Both the position numbers and the translations under genes were made by a program. Shown one piece after another: positions 48,901 to 58,463 of a stretch of 64,000 nucleotides of DNA. The stretch is from Dehalococcoidia bacterium. Lineage in GTDB: Bacteria > Chloroflexota > Dehalococcoidia > Bin125. The stretch is taken from the NCBI GenBank assembly GCA_963555985.3, contig OY820591.1, forward strand, positions 1,536,001 to 1,600,000. The letters run 5' to 3'. The stretch's first letter is position 1. The number at the start of each line of letters is the position of its first letter. The notes beneath the pieces were generated by a model. It saw only the letters and a list, made by a program, of their open reading frames with translations, ran no database searches and was not told the origin of the DNA.

Positions 48901-49183
48901 GTCGCGTAAGGATGTTCCAATTTGAAGGGCGGTGAGGCCGGTCAGAGGTGGTGAAGGTGACGCCGAGGGCAGGCTGGCTCTGCTCCTCTGGTTCATCTTC
49001 TTCGTCGATTTCGGTGAGTCGGGCAGTGCATGACTCTGTAAGCGGCCCCGCTGCGTGGGCTGAGTCTGTCATGACAAAGATAGAGGTCAATACCGCGGTG
49101 GTGACTAAGGCGATGACGATCATGAAACCATATGAAGAAGTACTAGAGGATCTGGTTGAGGGGCGTGCACTGACTTTCACCAC
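45971..49183 (-). CDS. Large acidic membrane-anchored surface protein with DUF11/Ig-like repeats
   Basis: Signal peptide (AHA-A), repeated PG(E/D)..I.(Y/F)...I.N and L.PGE....I.F modules, Cys-rich region, C-terminal TMs; lower GC. Confidence 0.7.
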   Translation of the reverse strand: MVKVSARPSTRSSSTSSYGFMIVIALVTTAVLTSIFVMTDSAHAAGPLTESCTARLTEIDEEDEPEEQSQPALGVTFTTSDRPHRPSNWNILTRPGDSIPLYAEIINNTSERQTNIRVQMWSPNDPDPFTLTLQGAKRTAVDGTETELRLTDLGSLVIEDQYVQYGDLDSGARLRLEFLANLDDAADIDWETSQRLILLIESDQATDSRTNPSPYLFFSIRGRVDPFDSRFSLSDVIYMPAPIVTVSNATPVPGEAITISISISNAGNYPIRHVSVEPWPQSTGQTRIATFIPGTLTQASDLLIFDEELPNSQWDETMEDYYFLGGFHIRQLDPGQTWRYSYEVCIEDDAVPGTTVGITTLITPWYHLASDSRRFIEDGALESFTDKQNLTITAPTQSESVPTVSLEANRTIIHTDMSPIFIATVVNPPGAEDLTGAILSINLPKALKYNLGSSSLTYAEYTDANSRSVPDNWIQNGYNLPNLPAGESVAISFSATVSQIAAPGINVSLWASVSCGVHISCEAQDLFKFTVVPRRAAKISHWARGEPYKPHDDIWHWFYIENIGSQTIRNGLLVLEQLSTNTVYRHESGPNRTTYYIDQGGGETRDHDSPPPTWVANGYPVTCLAPGETAAISFAAQITEDAGSGTDATATVSFIVDPGDQTADCGVTEQYIEAEAALHVHRTAKIDFGLKLLTAENVICLHQAVIGAGEWRDDDDCRALVKQHMPKQFDDETSTLTGTVDGLRSTTDALIASISAIQEALGTKDEGSGLWGAVKSLESVVGQEDDVYCALGDWECLSDRESLECEGEEDCTLSLRIRWLSNIQRSLGSDDLWYLLLESYHRAGEYIEEYEPLTCERNDYSCLSRNGFSIKCKRDDYAITECWYDTPDVVLARSGPFGISCTLRSHISCWYRVLLELNGYLWATEQIEELWDEQATLLGTINATRTDVSENKGLLDILTDPKHLAVEAVAALIGLFVSSLFLNRMSVRGTVTLVVIGATIFLVLWPIPAVDVELGLLLGVTGYATLGAVFLFADHLGLLHHWPSFRNFFGLDRIQTNLSTSLVEPPDYSG

Positions 49184-49221
49184 AAAGACCTTTCAATGCG
49201 CAGAGCGAAGACGACTATACA

Positions 49222-50058
49222 TCAACTTCCTACGAAGACACCGCCGTCAGGATGCAAAATTTGACCCGTGATGTAGCTGGAGTAGTCGCTGAGCAGGAAC
49301 AGCGCAGCCTCGGCGATATCGGCCGGTTCGCCAAGACGATTCAGCGGAATCGACTCAATCCGGCGCTGCCTGCGTTCCTCGTCGCTGGTGACTGCAAGCG
49401 TCATCGGCGTATCGATCAGACCCGGAGCAACGGTGTTGACTCGGATCCCGTGCGGCGCGAGCTCGAGCGCAATGCAGCGAGTGAGCATCCAGACCCCGGC
49501 CTTGCTCACGCAGTAGTCGGCCATGCCCCGGATCGGAGCCTTGGCGGCGCCGCTGCTGATATTCACGATCGCGCCGCCCTCGCCCTGTGCGATCATGCGG
49601 CGGGAGACCGCGCGATTGGTGAGCATCACACCGGTCAGGTTGACCGCCAGAACCTTCTCCCAATACTCGACCGGCTTGTGAACCACGTAGCGATGCGCAC
49701 CGCCCAGCAGCGGCTCGCCCTCGGTGATCTCTCCGCTCACATAGCCCGCGTGTGAGATTCCCGCCGCGGCGATGCACAGGTCCAGGCGTCCGTAGGTGTC
49801 GATCGCGGCCTGAGCCATCGCGTCGCAGTCGCTCTCGCGGGTCACGTCGACGCCTACATAGACCGCTCGCCCGCCCTCAGCTTCGACCAGCGCAACAGTC
49901 TCCGCTCCGCGTTCGTCCTCGGGCAAGCCGGCGACAACGACCGACGCGCCTTCACGTCCCAGCCGGATCGAGGCTTCGCGGCCCATCCCGCTCGCCCCGC
50001 CCGTGACGACCGCAACCTTGCCCTCGAAGCGGCTCGCTCCATCCGTGCTCTCAGCCAT
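49222..50058 (-). CDS. SDR oxidoreductase
   Basis: TGGASGMG, NISS, YCVSK, GIRVN; RBS GGAGGAG. Confidence 0.93.
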   Translation of the reverse strand: MAESTDGASRFEGKVAVVTGGASGMGREASIRLGREGASVVVAGLPEDERGAETVALVEAEGGRAVYVGVDVTRESDCDAMAQAAIDTYGRLDLCIAAAGISHAGYVSGEITEGEPLLGGAHRYVVHKPVEYWEKVLAVNLTGVMLTNRAVSRRMIAQGEGGAIVNISSGAAKAPIRGMADYCVSKAGVWMLTRCIALELAPHGIRVNTVAPGLIDTPMTLAVTSDEERRQRRIESIPLNRLGEPADIAEAALFLLSDYSSYITGQILHPDGGVFVGS

Positions 50059-50100
50059 CGTCTCCTCCAATCTCTGCGCGCGCCAAGATACCACCCACTT

Positions 50101-50200
50101 CCCCCTCACCCTCCGCCTCTCCTCTTCTCTTCCCCCCTTTGTGAGCGGCTCCCCTCTCCCTCCCTTGCGGGGGGAGATGTCGCGCAGCGACAGAAGGGGG
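50101..50200. repeat. REP-like palindrome cluster
   Basis: cccctctccc...gggggagatgtcgcgcagcgacagaagggg resembles 1649-1694. Confidence 0.55.
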
Positions 50201-50245
50201 GTCCTCTGCCCCCGGCCTGAACAGGAAGACAGAAAGAAACCAAAC

Positions 50246-50257
50246 GAACGCAAGTTC
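50246..50257. promoter_or_regulatory. LexA-like box
   Basis: GAAC-GCAA-GTTC ~100 bp upstream of the HTH gene. Confidence 0.5.
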
Positions 50258-50353
50258 CCCTCTCTGTTGCCCAGACAACACTCACTCTAGTCATCAACCA
50301 GCTACCATCAGAACAAGTAAGCCACACAAGAGTACTCAGAAGGAGCACCGCAC

Positions 50354-51034
50354 ATGAAGCTCTCGCCCCAGCGCCGCCGCCGCAGCCTCGAAGCCCACCA
50401 CCTGCGTCAGCACGGTATCCCCCTGCGCATCATCGCCAAGCAACTCGGCGTCTCCCACGCCACCGTGCACAGCGACCTCAAGCTGCTCGAGACCAACTGG
50501 AGCGAGATCGCCCAGGCGGTCGCCGACGACCTCCTGCTCGACCAGCTCAGCCAGCTCCGGCAGCGGCTCGCTCAGCACATGGAGTCCAACCCCTACGAGC
50601 TGCTCCAGGGCGAGCAGCTGCGCCCGCCCGACCAGATCCGCCTCTTCGCGGTGCAGATGCAGGAGTTCAACACGCTCTGCCGCGAGATTCGGCGCACCGC
50701 CGAAGCGGTCCAACGCCGCGCCCGCCAGCGTCGGAATGAGCAACCCGCCGAAGCCCCGGACTATCCCGAGGCCGAACTGACGGACGCGCCCCGGACTCGC
50801 AAGCGGGCCCGTCCCCAGCCGAGCGAGCGTCCAACCCCGGCTGAACCGGGCCAACCGGAGCTGACCACGGCTAACCACGTCAACGGGCGTTCGCCCCAGC
50901 CGGCAAAGGAAATGCGCGAGATCGCGCTGCCGCAAGAAAATGCTCTCGCCGACCCCGACTTCGAGCGCCTCTTGAGCGAAGCCGAGACCTTCCTCGCACA
51001 GCTCTCCCCCTTCGCCGACGCCGCCGGCGGCTGA
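50354..51034 (+). CDS. HTH-domain hypothetical protein
   Basis: G.PLRIIAKQLGVSHATVHSDL; RBS AAGGAG; 10-bp periodic tract at 50831-50880. Confidence 0.75.
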   Translation: MKLSPQRRRRSLEAHHLRQHGIPLRIIAKQLGVSHATVHSDLKLLETNWSEIAQAVADDLLLDQLSQLRQRLAQHMESNPYELLQGEQLRPPDQIRLFAVQMQEFNTLCREIRRTAEAVQRRARQRRNEQPAEAPDYPEAELTDAPRTRKRARPQPSERPTPAEPGQPELTTANHVNGRSPQPAKEMREIALPQENALADPDFERLLSEAETFLAQLSPFADAAGG

Positions 51035-51084
51035 CTCCGCCCCTCCCTGACCGCTCTCCCCCTTGAGAGCCTGTCCCCGCGCAG

Positions 51085-51218
51085 GGAGACCGTCGCAACA
51101 CTCCCATCTCCGTCATTCCCGCGAACGCGGGAATCCATACGGCGTCTCGAGTGGGACGTGGATTCCCGCCTGCGCGGGAATGACGAAACGCGCAGATCGG
51201 GGAGTGTTGCAAAAGCCT
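51085..51218. mobile_element. MITE/REP-doublet, copy 3
   Basis: IR GCAACACTCCC/GGGAGTGTTGC; two inverted gtcattcccgc..gcgggaat palindromes; spacer nearly identical to copy 1. Confidence 0.8.
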
Positions 51219-51327
51219 GGCCCTGGTCTGAACAGGGGAATCGGGAACCTGGTACCCAGACATGGCGGAACCGAAAGATCATGCCCAACTCTCCACAAAG
51301 GAAAAGAGAAAAAAGGCCCGCGGCCGC

Positions 51328-52577
51328 CTACTCGTTGCGCAACGCCGCGATCGGATCTACGACCGTCGCGCGCCAGGCTGGATAGATGCCGCTGAGAAAG
51401 CCGATCCCGGCCGCGACCCCGAAGGCGGCGGCGATACTCCACGCCTGTATGACGGTCGTGAGCTCTTGATCGCCGACAGTCTGCCCGTCAACCAGCAGCG
51501 ATGCACCGACCCCGATGATGATGCCGGCGAGACCCCCAATCAGACTGAGCGTCAGCGCCTCGGTCACAAACTGGGTCACGATGTCGCTGGCGGTCGCGCC
51601 CACCGCGCGCCGGATGCCAATCTCGCGCGTCCGCTCCGTCACCGAGACCAGCATGATGTTCATCACCCCGATCCCGCCCACGATCAGCGAAATCCCCGCG
51701 ATGCTGCCGAGCAGGATCGAGAGCGTCTGCGCCACATCGCCCGCCGCTTCGAGCAGTTCGTCCTGGCTCTCGATATCAAACTGCGGCTCCGCGTCTCCGT
51801 GCCGCAGCAGCAACAGTTCGCTCACCTGTTCCTTGATTCGCTCGATGTCGGCGTTGTCAACCGTCTGAATCGCAATACCGGTGACGCGAATATCGCCTTC
51901 AGGCGTATAGAAGAATTCGCGGAAGCGGTTGGCGAGACCGGTAGCGCCCACGAAGACCTGGTTGTTGATCACATTTGCGCCGTCTTGCGCGGCGCGCCTG
52001 AGCACGCCGATAACCACGAACGGGATCGTGACTTGTCCCCCGAAGAACGAAATCCGCATCCCTTGCCCGACCGGATCGATGTTTGGAAAGAGCGCTTCGG
52101 CCATGTTCGCGCCCAGTACGGCAACCAGTTGCGCCTCGTCGTCGTGGGCTGGCGCGATAAAGACGCCGTTGGCGACTTCGGCGTCAACCACACCCGCGTA
52201 GTTGGACCAGGTGAAGACGACTTCGGCAGGAACGTCGTTGACGCCGGCGATCGCCTGAGCGTTGCCGGTCAGATGAGCGGCGACATCGCTGATTTCGGGG
52301 TCCCCGTTGGCGAGAATCGCTTGCGCGTCGCCGTAGGTGAGGACGTTCAGGGCGCCTGTGCCTCCGCCGCCTTCCGCACCGACGTTTGGACTGATGAAAA
52401 TCAGGTTGAGTCCGAGCCCTTGGATCTGCTCAGTGATGCCCTTCTGGGTGCCCTGACCGACCGCGATCAGCGCGATCACCGAACTCACCCCGATGATCAG
52501 GCCGAGCAGCGTCAGCACGCTGCGGAGGCGGTTGGCGATAATCGCGCGCAGGGCGATCCGAAAGGCGTCGAGCAGAC

Positions 52578-52581
<4 letters not shown>
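51328..52581 (-). CDS. MacB-like ABC permease
   Basis: RSVLTLLGLIIGV, GGIGVMNIMLVSVTERTREIGIR.A.GA, YPA.RA..DPI.ALR.E. Confidence 0.93.
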
Positions 52582-53324
<743 letters not shown>

Positions 53325-53338
53325 GCGAGCCGGCCTCC

Positions 53339-56300
53339 TCAGCCCGCTCCCAGCAGCACCGCCGCATAGGAGACGCCTTCGGTGTCCACCCCAATCAGCA
53401 GGACTTGGCCAGCCTCCAGACCGGACAAGATCTCGACGCTGGTGTCGTCGGATTCGCCCACCTCGACTTCGACTCGTTCCCAACCAGCCAGATTCTCGCT
53501 GGGCACAGCGACGAAGAACCCGCCCTCGATTTGACGAACAGCGGAGATCGCCACCAGCACCGCCTCGTCGCGGATCTCGGTGATGATCGTGACGCTGGCG
53601 GTCATCCCGGGCGCAGGTAGCGGCTGTTCCACGACGCCTGATTCTTCCGCTTCCGCGAGTGCTTGCTCATAGGCTAGGAACACCCCTCGGATCTGGGTCT
53701 TGAACTGCTCCGGAATCTCGAACTCGTCCGGCAGTACGACTCCTTCCGGCAGAGGATCGTCGAACACGAGGGCGCGAATCACGCTGAGCGTCTCGACGCC
53801 GGGAGGGATCGTGGCCTGAGCTTCGAACGCGGCGAATAGTTGTCTTGCCTGAGGCGTCTCAAACGGATTGGGAACGCCGCCGCTGGCTGCCCCTTCAGCG
53901 CCGATCGTGATGGCGTTCTCACCACCGATCGCAGCCAACTGATCGGCGGCCTCCGGGAGCTCCTCAGGTGTGAGGATCGAGGCGTCCACGTCGTACGTCA
54001 CCACTCCTTGCTCAATCTGCGGGACGCGCCCCGCCTCGGCCACTCGAATCGCGTATACGAAACCCTCAAGGGCGTCGAAGCTGGCGACACCGACTAGATC
54101 CGGTTCGAGCTCGAACCATTCCGCTTCCGTCACACTAAGTTCGATCACAAGCTGACCGCGCGTGCTGAGCACGAGCGCCGGGGTACTGGCTGAAACTCGG
54201 TCACCGAGCTCGATGTTGATTTCTTCAACAACGCCGTCGAACTGAGCGCGGATGACCAGATCATCAAGCGCACCCTCAGCTTCTTCGACAGTGAGCTCGG
54301 CCAGGCGGACATTCTGAGTCTGGCGGTCGATGGCGCTCGCGGTAGAACCGGCGAGAAGCTCGTCACGGCGCGTGACAGCTTCCTCCAGACTGGCGTACGC
54401 GCTGGCCAAGGAGGACTCGGCCTGTTTGATTTCCTCCTCGGTTGCAGGTTCGAGAAGCTCGCTCAAGCGAGCGCGCGTAGCGTCGACATTGGCCCGCGAC
54501 GCGGCCACGGTCTGCTCCGCTTGATAGCGATCTTCGATGTCCGGGTCGGCTTGCAGATCGTCAAGCCGCGCAGCCGCAGCGTCATAGTTCGCCTGCGCAG
54601 CGACAATCGCCTGTTCCGCCTGGAAGAGATCGTCCGCGTCCACATCACCGCGCAGGTCGTCAAGCCGCGCCTGGGCAGCCTCGAGGTTCGCGCTGGCCGC
54701 GGTGACGGCCTGCTCGGCCTGGAAGAGGTCGCTGATGTTGGCCGGCGTCAGCAAGTCGTCCAAGCGAGCCTGTGCGGACTCAAGGTTCGCTTCGGCCGCT
54801 TGTATAGTTTGCTCGGCTTGGTAGATGTCGGCCGCGTCCACATCGCTCCGCAGTTCGTCGAGCCGCGCTTGGGCAGCTTCGAGACTCGCGCTGGCCGCGG
54901 TGACGGCTTGTCTCGCCTGGAAGAAGTCGTGAGTAGTGGGGGGCGTCAACAGGTCGTTCAATCGCGCCCGCGCCGCTGCCAGATTCGCCTCTGCCGCCTC
55001 GACGGCCAGCCCAGCTTGGTAGACGTCATCGGCGTCCACATCGCTTTGCAGCTCATCCAGTCGCGCCTGGGCAGCTTCGAGATTCGCCTTCGAGGCAACG
55101 ACGGCTTGCTCCGCCTGGAAGTGGTCGTGAACAGTAGGGGGCGTCAACAGGTCGTTCCATCGCGCTCGTGCGGCTGCGACGTTTGCCTCTGCTGCCTCAA
55201 CGGCCTGTTGCGCCTGGTAGATGTCATTGTCATCGGCTGGTCGGAGCAGGTCAGCGAGCCGCGCTTGCGCGGCCTGGAGTGATTCGGTGGCGGATTCTTC
55301 GGCGTTGCGGGCACGTTCAAGAGCCGTATGTCGGTCAAGGAGCGCCTTCGCCAGTCGTTCAAGATTGGAGCCTCGCTCTTCACTCTCCTCTTCCAGATAC
55401 ACGAGTTCCTCGGCGGTCAGTGGGAGATCAGCGCGGCAAATCGAGGGCAAGACGGAAATTTCATCGCAGAAATCCTCATGCGCTCTGTCAATTTGATCGA
55501 GTGCAGTTTCCACATCGTTCTCAGCCGCGCTTAGATTTGTGCGAGCCGTGGGAAGTGCGGCGCGGGCCGAAGCCAGATCCGCCGCACTGGGCTCATCAAT
55601 CAGGTCTGCGAGAGATTGTTCCGTGCTTGAGAGTTGGCCGAGCGCACTCGCGACCGCTTGCTCGGCGCTGGCGAGCTCGGCGGCCGACGGGTCGCTGCTG
55701 AGATCGTCGAGCGCCTCTTCGGTCGTTGACAGTTGATTGCGGGCATTGGCGACCGCTTGCTCGGCGCTGGCGAGCTCGGCGGCAGTCGGTCCTGCACTCA
55801 GATCGGCGAGAGCTTGTCGCGCTGTTGAGAATTGGTTGCGCGCGTTAGCGACGGCCTGTTCCGCGCTGGCGATCTCAGCAGCCGACGGGCCGCTGCTCAG
55901 ATCCTCGAGTGCCTCCTCAGCCGCGGACAGTTGATTGCGGGCGTTCGCGACCGCTTGTTCGGCGCTGGCGAGCTCGGCGTCAGTGGGTCCGGCCCTCAGA
56001 TCAGTGAGTGCTTGTTGCGCTGTCGAGAGCTGATTGCGCGCACTCGCGATGGTTTGTTCGGCGCTGGCAATCTCGGCGGTAGTTGGACCGGTGGTCAAGT
56101 CGTCGAGCGCCTCTTCAGCCGCCGACAGTTGATTGCGGGCGTTGGCGACCGCTTGCTCAGCGCTGGCGAGGTCGGCGGCTGTTGCTCCGTCGGTGAGGTC
56201 ACTGCGGGCCTGTTCAGCGCTGGAAAGTTGGCTGCGGGCGTTGGCGACGGCTTGTTCGGCGCTGGCGAGCTCAGCGGCCGTAGCTCCCTCGGCAAGGTCG

Positions 56301-56902
56301 TTCAACGCCTCTGCGGCACCGGAGAGCTGGCTGCGGGCGTTGGCGACGGCCTGTTCGGCCTGGTGGACCTCGCTCTGGTCAGGCGGTTCCTGCAAGCGTT
56401 GCAGGGTGAGTTCGGCGCTCGCGACTTGAGCCTCGGCGGAGAGCACCGCTCGCTCCGCAGCGGCGATATCAGCGACTGCTGGATCGTCCTGCAGCTCTTC
56501 GAGTGCGATTTGGGCCAAACGCAACTGCAGTTGGGCGGTCTCGAGCCGGCGAAGCGCATCTGTGTCATCGAGCCGTGCCAGGGCGTCACCGACCTGCACT
56601 GTCTGTCCTACTTCGGCCTCAATCGAGCTGACCGTGCCGCCAACTGCAAAGGTGAGGTTTGCCGTATGCGCCGCCGCTGCGGAACCCGACAACTCGATCG
56701 TCGTGGTGAGCCGCCCCAGCGTGGCAACGGTGCGCTGAGGTTCGACGGCAACAACTTCCTCTTCGGGGCGCGTGAGAAGCCAAGCCACGACAGCGATGAC
56801 GGCGGCAATGACGAGCAGAGCGAGGACGATCCAGGGTCGCCGTGAGCGGCGCCGGCTGACCAGCGCATCGATCGCATCAAGATCCGTTGATTGGATGGTC
56901 AA
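53339..56902 (-). CDS. Giant HlyD/MacA-type adaptor with 33-aa coiled-coil repeats
   Basis: N-terminal TM, lipoyl halves (GGTVSSI..VGQ.V..GD.LARLD; IRAQFDGVV), PGMTASV, C-terminal VEVG..VEILSGL..G. Confidence 0.9.
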   Translation of the reverse strand: MTIQSTDLDAIDALVSRRRSRRPWIVLALLVIAAVIAVVAWLLTRPEEEVVAVEPQRTVATLGRLTTTIELSGSAAAAHTANLTFAVGGTVSSIEAEVGQTVQVGDALARLDDTDALRRLETAQLQLRLAQIALEELQDDPAVADIAAAERAVLSAEAQVASAELTLQRLQEPPDQSEVHQAEQAVANARSQLSGAAEALNDLAEGATAAELASAEQAVANARSQLSSAEQARSDLTDGATAADLASAEQAVANARNQLSAAEEALDDLTTGPTTAEIASAEQTIASARNQLSTAQQALTDLRAGPTDAELASAEQAVANARNQLSAAEEALEDLSSGPSAAEIASAEQAVANARNQFSTARQALADLSAGPTAAELASAEQAVANARNQLSTTEEALDDLSSDPSAAELASAEQAVASALGQLSSTEQSLADLIDEPSAADLASARAALPTARTNLSAAENDVETALDQIDRAHEDFCDEISVLPSICRADLPLTAEELVYLEEESEERGSNLERLAKALLDRHTALERARNAEESATESLQAAQARLADLLRPADDNDIYQAQQAVEAAEANVAAARARWNDLLTPPTVHDHFQAEQAVVASKANLEAAQARLDELQSDVDADDVYQAGLAVEAAEANLAAARARLNDLLTPPTTHDFFQARQAVTAASASLEAAQARLDELRSDVDAADIYQAEQTIQAAEANLESAQARLDDLLTPANISDLFQAEQAVTAASANLEAAQARLDDLRGDVDADDLFQAEQAIVAAQANYDAAAARLDDLQADPDIEDRYQAEQTVAASRANVDATRARLSELLEPATEEEIKQAESSLASAYASLEEAVTRRDELLAGSTASAIDRQTQNVRLAELTVEEAEGALDDLVIRAQFDGVVEEINIELGDRVSASTPALVLSTRGQLVIELSVTEAEWFELEPDLVGVASFDALEGFVYAIRVAEAGRVPQIEQGVVTYDVDASILTPEELPEAADQLAAIGGENAITIGAEGAASGGVPNPFETPQARQLFAAFEAQATIPPGVETLSVIRALVFDDPLPEGVVLPDEFEIPEQFKTQIRGVFLAYEQALAEAEESGVVEQPLPAPGMTASVTIITEIRDEAVLVAISAVRQIEGGFFVAVPSENLAGWERVEVEVGESDDTSVEILSGLEAGQVLLIGVDTEGVSYAAVLLGAG
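54347..56482 (-). repeat. Two intragenic 99-bp repeat arrays (9 units each)
   Basis: Arm 1 56482-55592 and arm 2 55237-54347, each 891 nt. Confidence 0.9.
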
Positions 56903-56991
56903 TGATGACCTCGCTTTATGTTCGGGATCCGACGGCGAACACGGTGAGGTCTACTGGAAGAAGGTGTTAGGGGCAACAGCAGAGCGAGTGA

Positions 56992-57819
56992 TCAGCCGAC
57001 GAAGATACCCCCGTCGGGATGCAGGATCTGGCCCGTGATGTAGCTCGCGGCGTCGCTGAGCAGGAACAGGCTGGCCTCGGCGATGTCCTCAGCTTCGCCC
57101 AGGCGACCGAGCGGGACGGTTCTGGTGAAAGCCGCTTTGCGCTCCTCGTCCTGCGAGAGCCCGAGCGCCATCGGTGTATCGATCACGCCCGGCGCGACGG
57201 TGTTGACCCGGATCTTGTGCGGCGCGAGCTCGAGCGCGATGCAGCGGGTGAGCATCCAGACGCCGGCTTTCGAGACCGAGTACTCGGCCGAACCGGGCAT
57301 CGGAACCTTCGCAGCGCCGCTGCTGATGTTGACGATCGAGCCGCCTTCGCCTTGCGCAATCATGCGTCGCGCGACTGCGCGGTTGGTCAGCATCACACCG
57401 GTCAGATTGACGGCGAGGACTTTCTCCCAGTACTCGACCGGCTTGTTGATCACGAATCCCGGGCGGCGATCGCCGAGGGCGTCGTCGGGACCGACTTCGC
57501 CGCTGACGTAGCGGGCGTGGAGGATGCCGGCGGCTGCGATGCAGAGGTCAAGGCGTCCGAACTCATCGATTGCGGTTTGCACAGCTCGATCACAGTCAGC
57601 CTCACTGGAGACATCGGCGCCGATGTAGACCGCGCGACCTCCTGCGCTCTCGATCTGCGTAACGACTTCGGCTCCGCGCTGATCATCGGACAGCCCGACT
57701 ACGACTACGGCTGCTCCCTCGCGCGCCAAACGGATCGACGCCTCGGCGCCCATACCGCTCGCGCCACCGGTGACCAACGCCACCTTGCCCTGGAAGCGTT
57801 GGAATCCTCCGTCGGCCAT
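56992..57819 (-). CDS. SDR oxidoreductase, close paralog of 49222..50058
   Basis: Shared KPVEYWEKVLAVNLTGVMLTNRAV, SKAGVWMLTRCIALELAPH, YITGQILHPDGG. Confidence 0.93.
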   Translation of the reverse strand: MADGGFQRFQGKVALVTGGASGMGAEASIRLAREGAAVVVVGLSDDQRGAEVVTQIESAGGRAVYIGADVSSEADCDRAVQTAIDEFGRLDLCIAAAGILHARYVSGEVGPDDALGDRRPGFVINKPVEYWEKVLAVNLTGVMLTNRAVARRMIAQGEGGSIVNISSGAAKVPMPGSAEYSVSKAGVWMLTRCIALELAPHKIRVNTVAPGVIDTPMALGLSQDEERKAAFTRTVPLGRLGEAEDIAEASLFLLSDAASYITGQILHPDGGIFVG

Positions 57820-57833
57820 GACTGCACCCGTTT

Positions 57834-58370
57834 CTAGACGCCGTTGACTTCCTGCGGATAGCGCCAGGGCGTCTCCGGCTGCTCCGCCTCTTCGTCCAGC
57901 GTCCAGTGCGGTAGCGCCAGACCCTCGGCTACGTCGGCGAAGACCATCCGCATCCGCGAGCCGATGCCGACCTGCTTGACCAGCTCGGGTGCGGCGAAGT
58001 TGCCGTCTGCGTCCACGAGGTTGCCGGCGACGCGCAGCGCTTCGTGTTCGGTCGGCACACCTGACTGCGTGTCCAACTCGACCAGCAGGATCATGTAGGG
58101 CGCGCGCTCGCGGAAGGCCGGTTGGATCGCGTGGTGCACCTCGCCGTAGGAATGCACCGTGCCGCGCGCGTCGACCGGCACCCAGTTGAACTCGCGCCCG
58201 GAGCACCAGGGGCAGGCGGTACCTGGTGGATAGCGGATCAGCCCGCAGTCCTCGTCCGCGCACTGCTGGAGGTGGAATTCGTGATCAGCGCAGTGCTGGA
58301 AGTAGGCTTTGTTCTCGTTATCCAGGTCGAGGACGGTCAGCGTCATCCCCAAGTAGTCGCCCTGCGGCAT
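57834..58370 (-). CDS. DUF35/ChsH2-like Zn-ribbon OB-fold protein
   Basis: LQQC..C..YPP..CPWC, GTVHSY, PY..LVEL. Confidence 0.9.
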   Translation of the reverse strand: MPQGDYLGMTLTVLDLDNENKAYFQHCADHEFHLQQCADEDCGLIRYPPGTACPWCSGREFNWVPVDARGTVHSYGEVHHAIQPAFRERAPYMILLVELDTQSGVPTEHEALRVAGNLVDADGNFAAPELVKQVGIGSRMRMVFADVAEGLALPHWTLDEEAEQPETPWRYPQEVNGV

Positions 58371-58463
58371 GGTCGGCTCCCGTTCGTTTTCGTTCGGAGG
58401 TGTTCGATTTTGGTCGAATCTGTGCGGCTGTAGCCGAGCTCGTTCGACCGGTTCCGGCCCTGT

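Noticed and set aside
50354-51034. Prophage (terminase small-subunit-like HTH)
   Set aside because: No other phage genes or integrase nearby.
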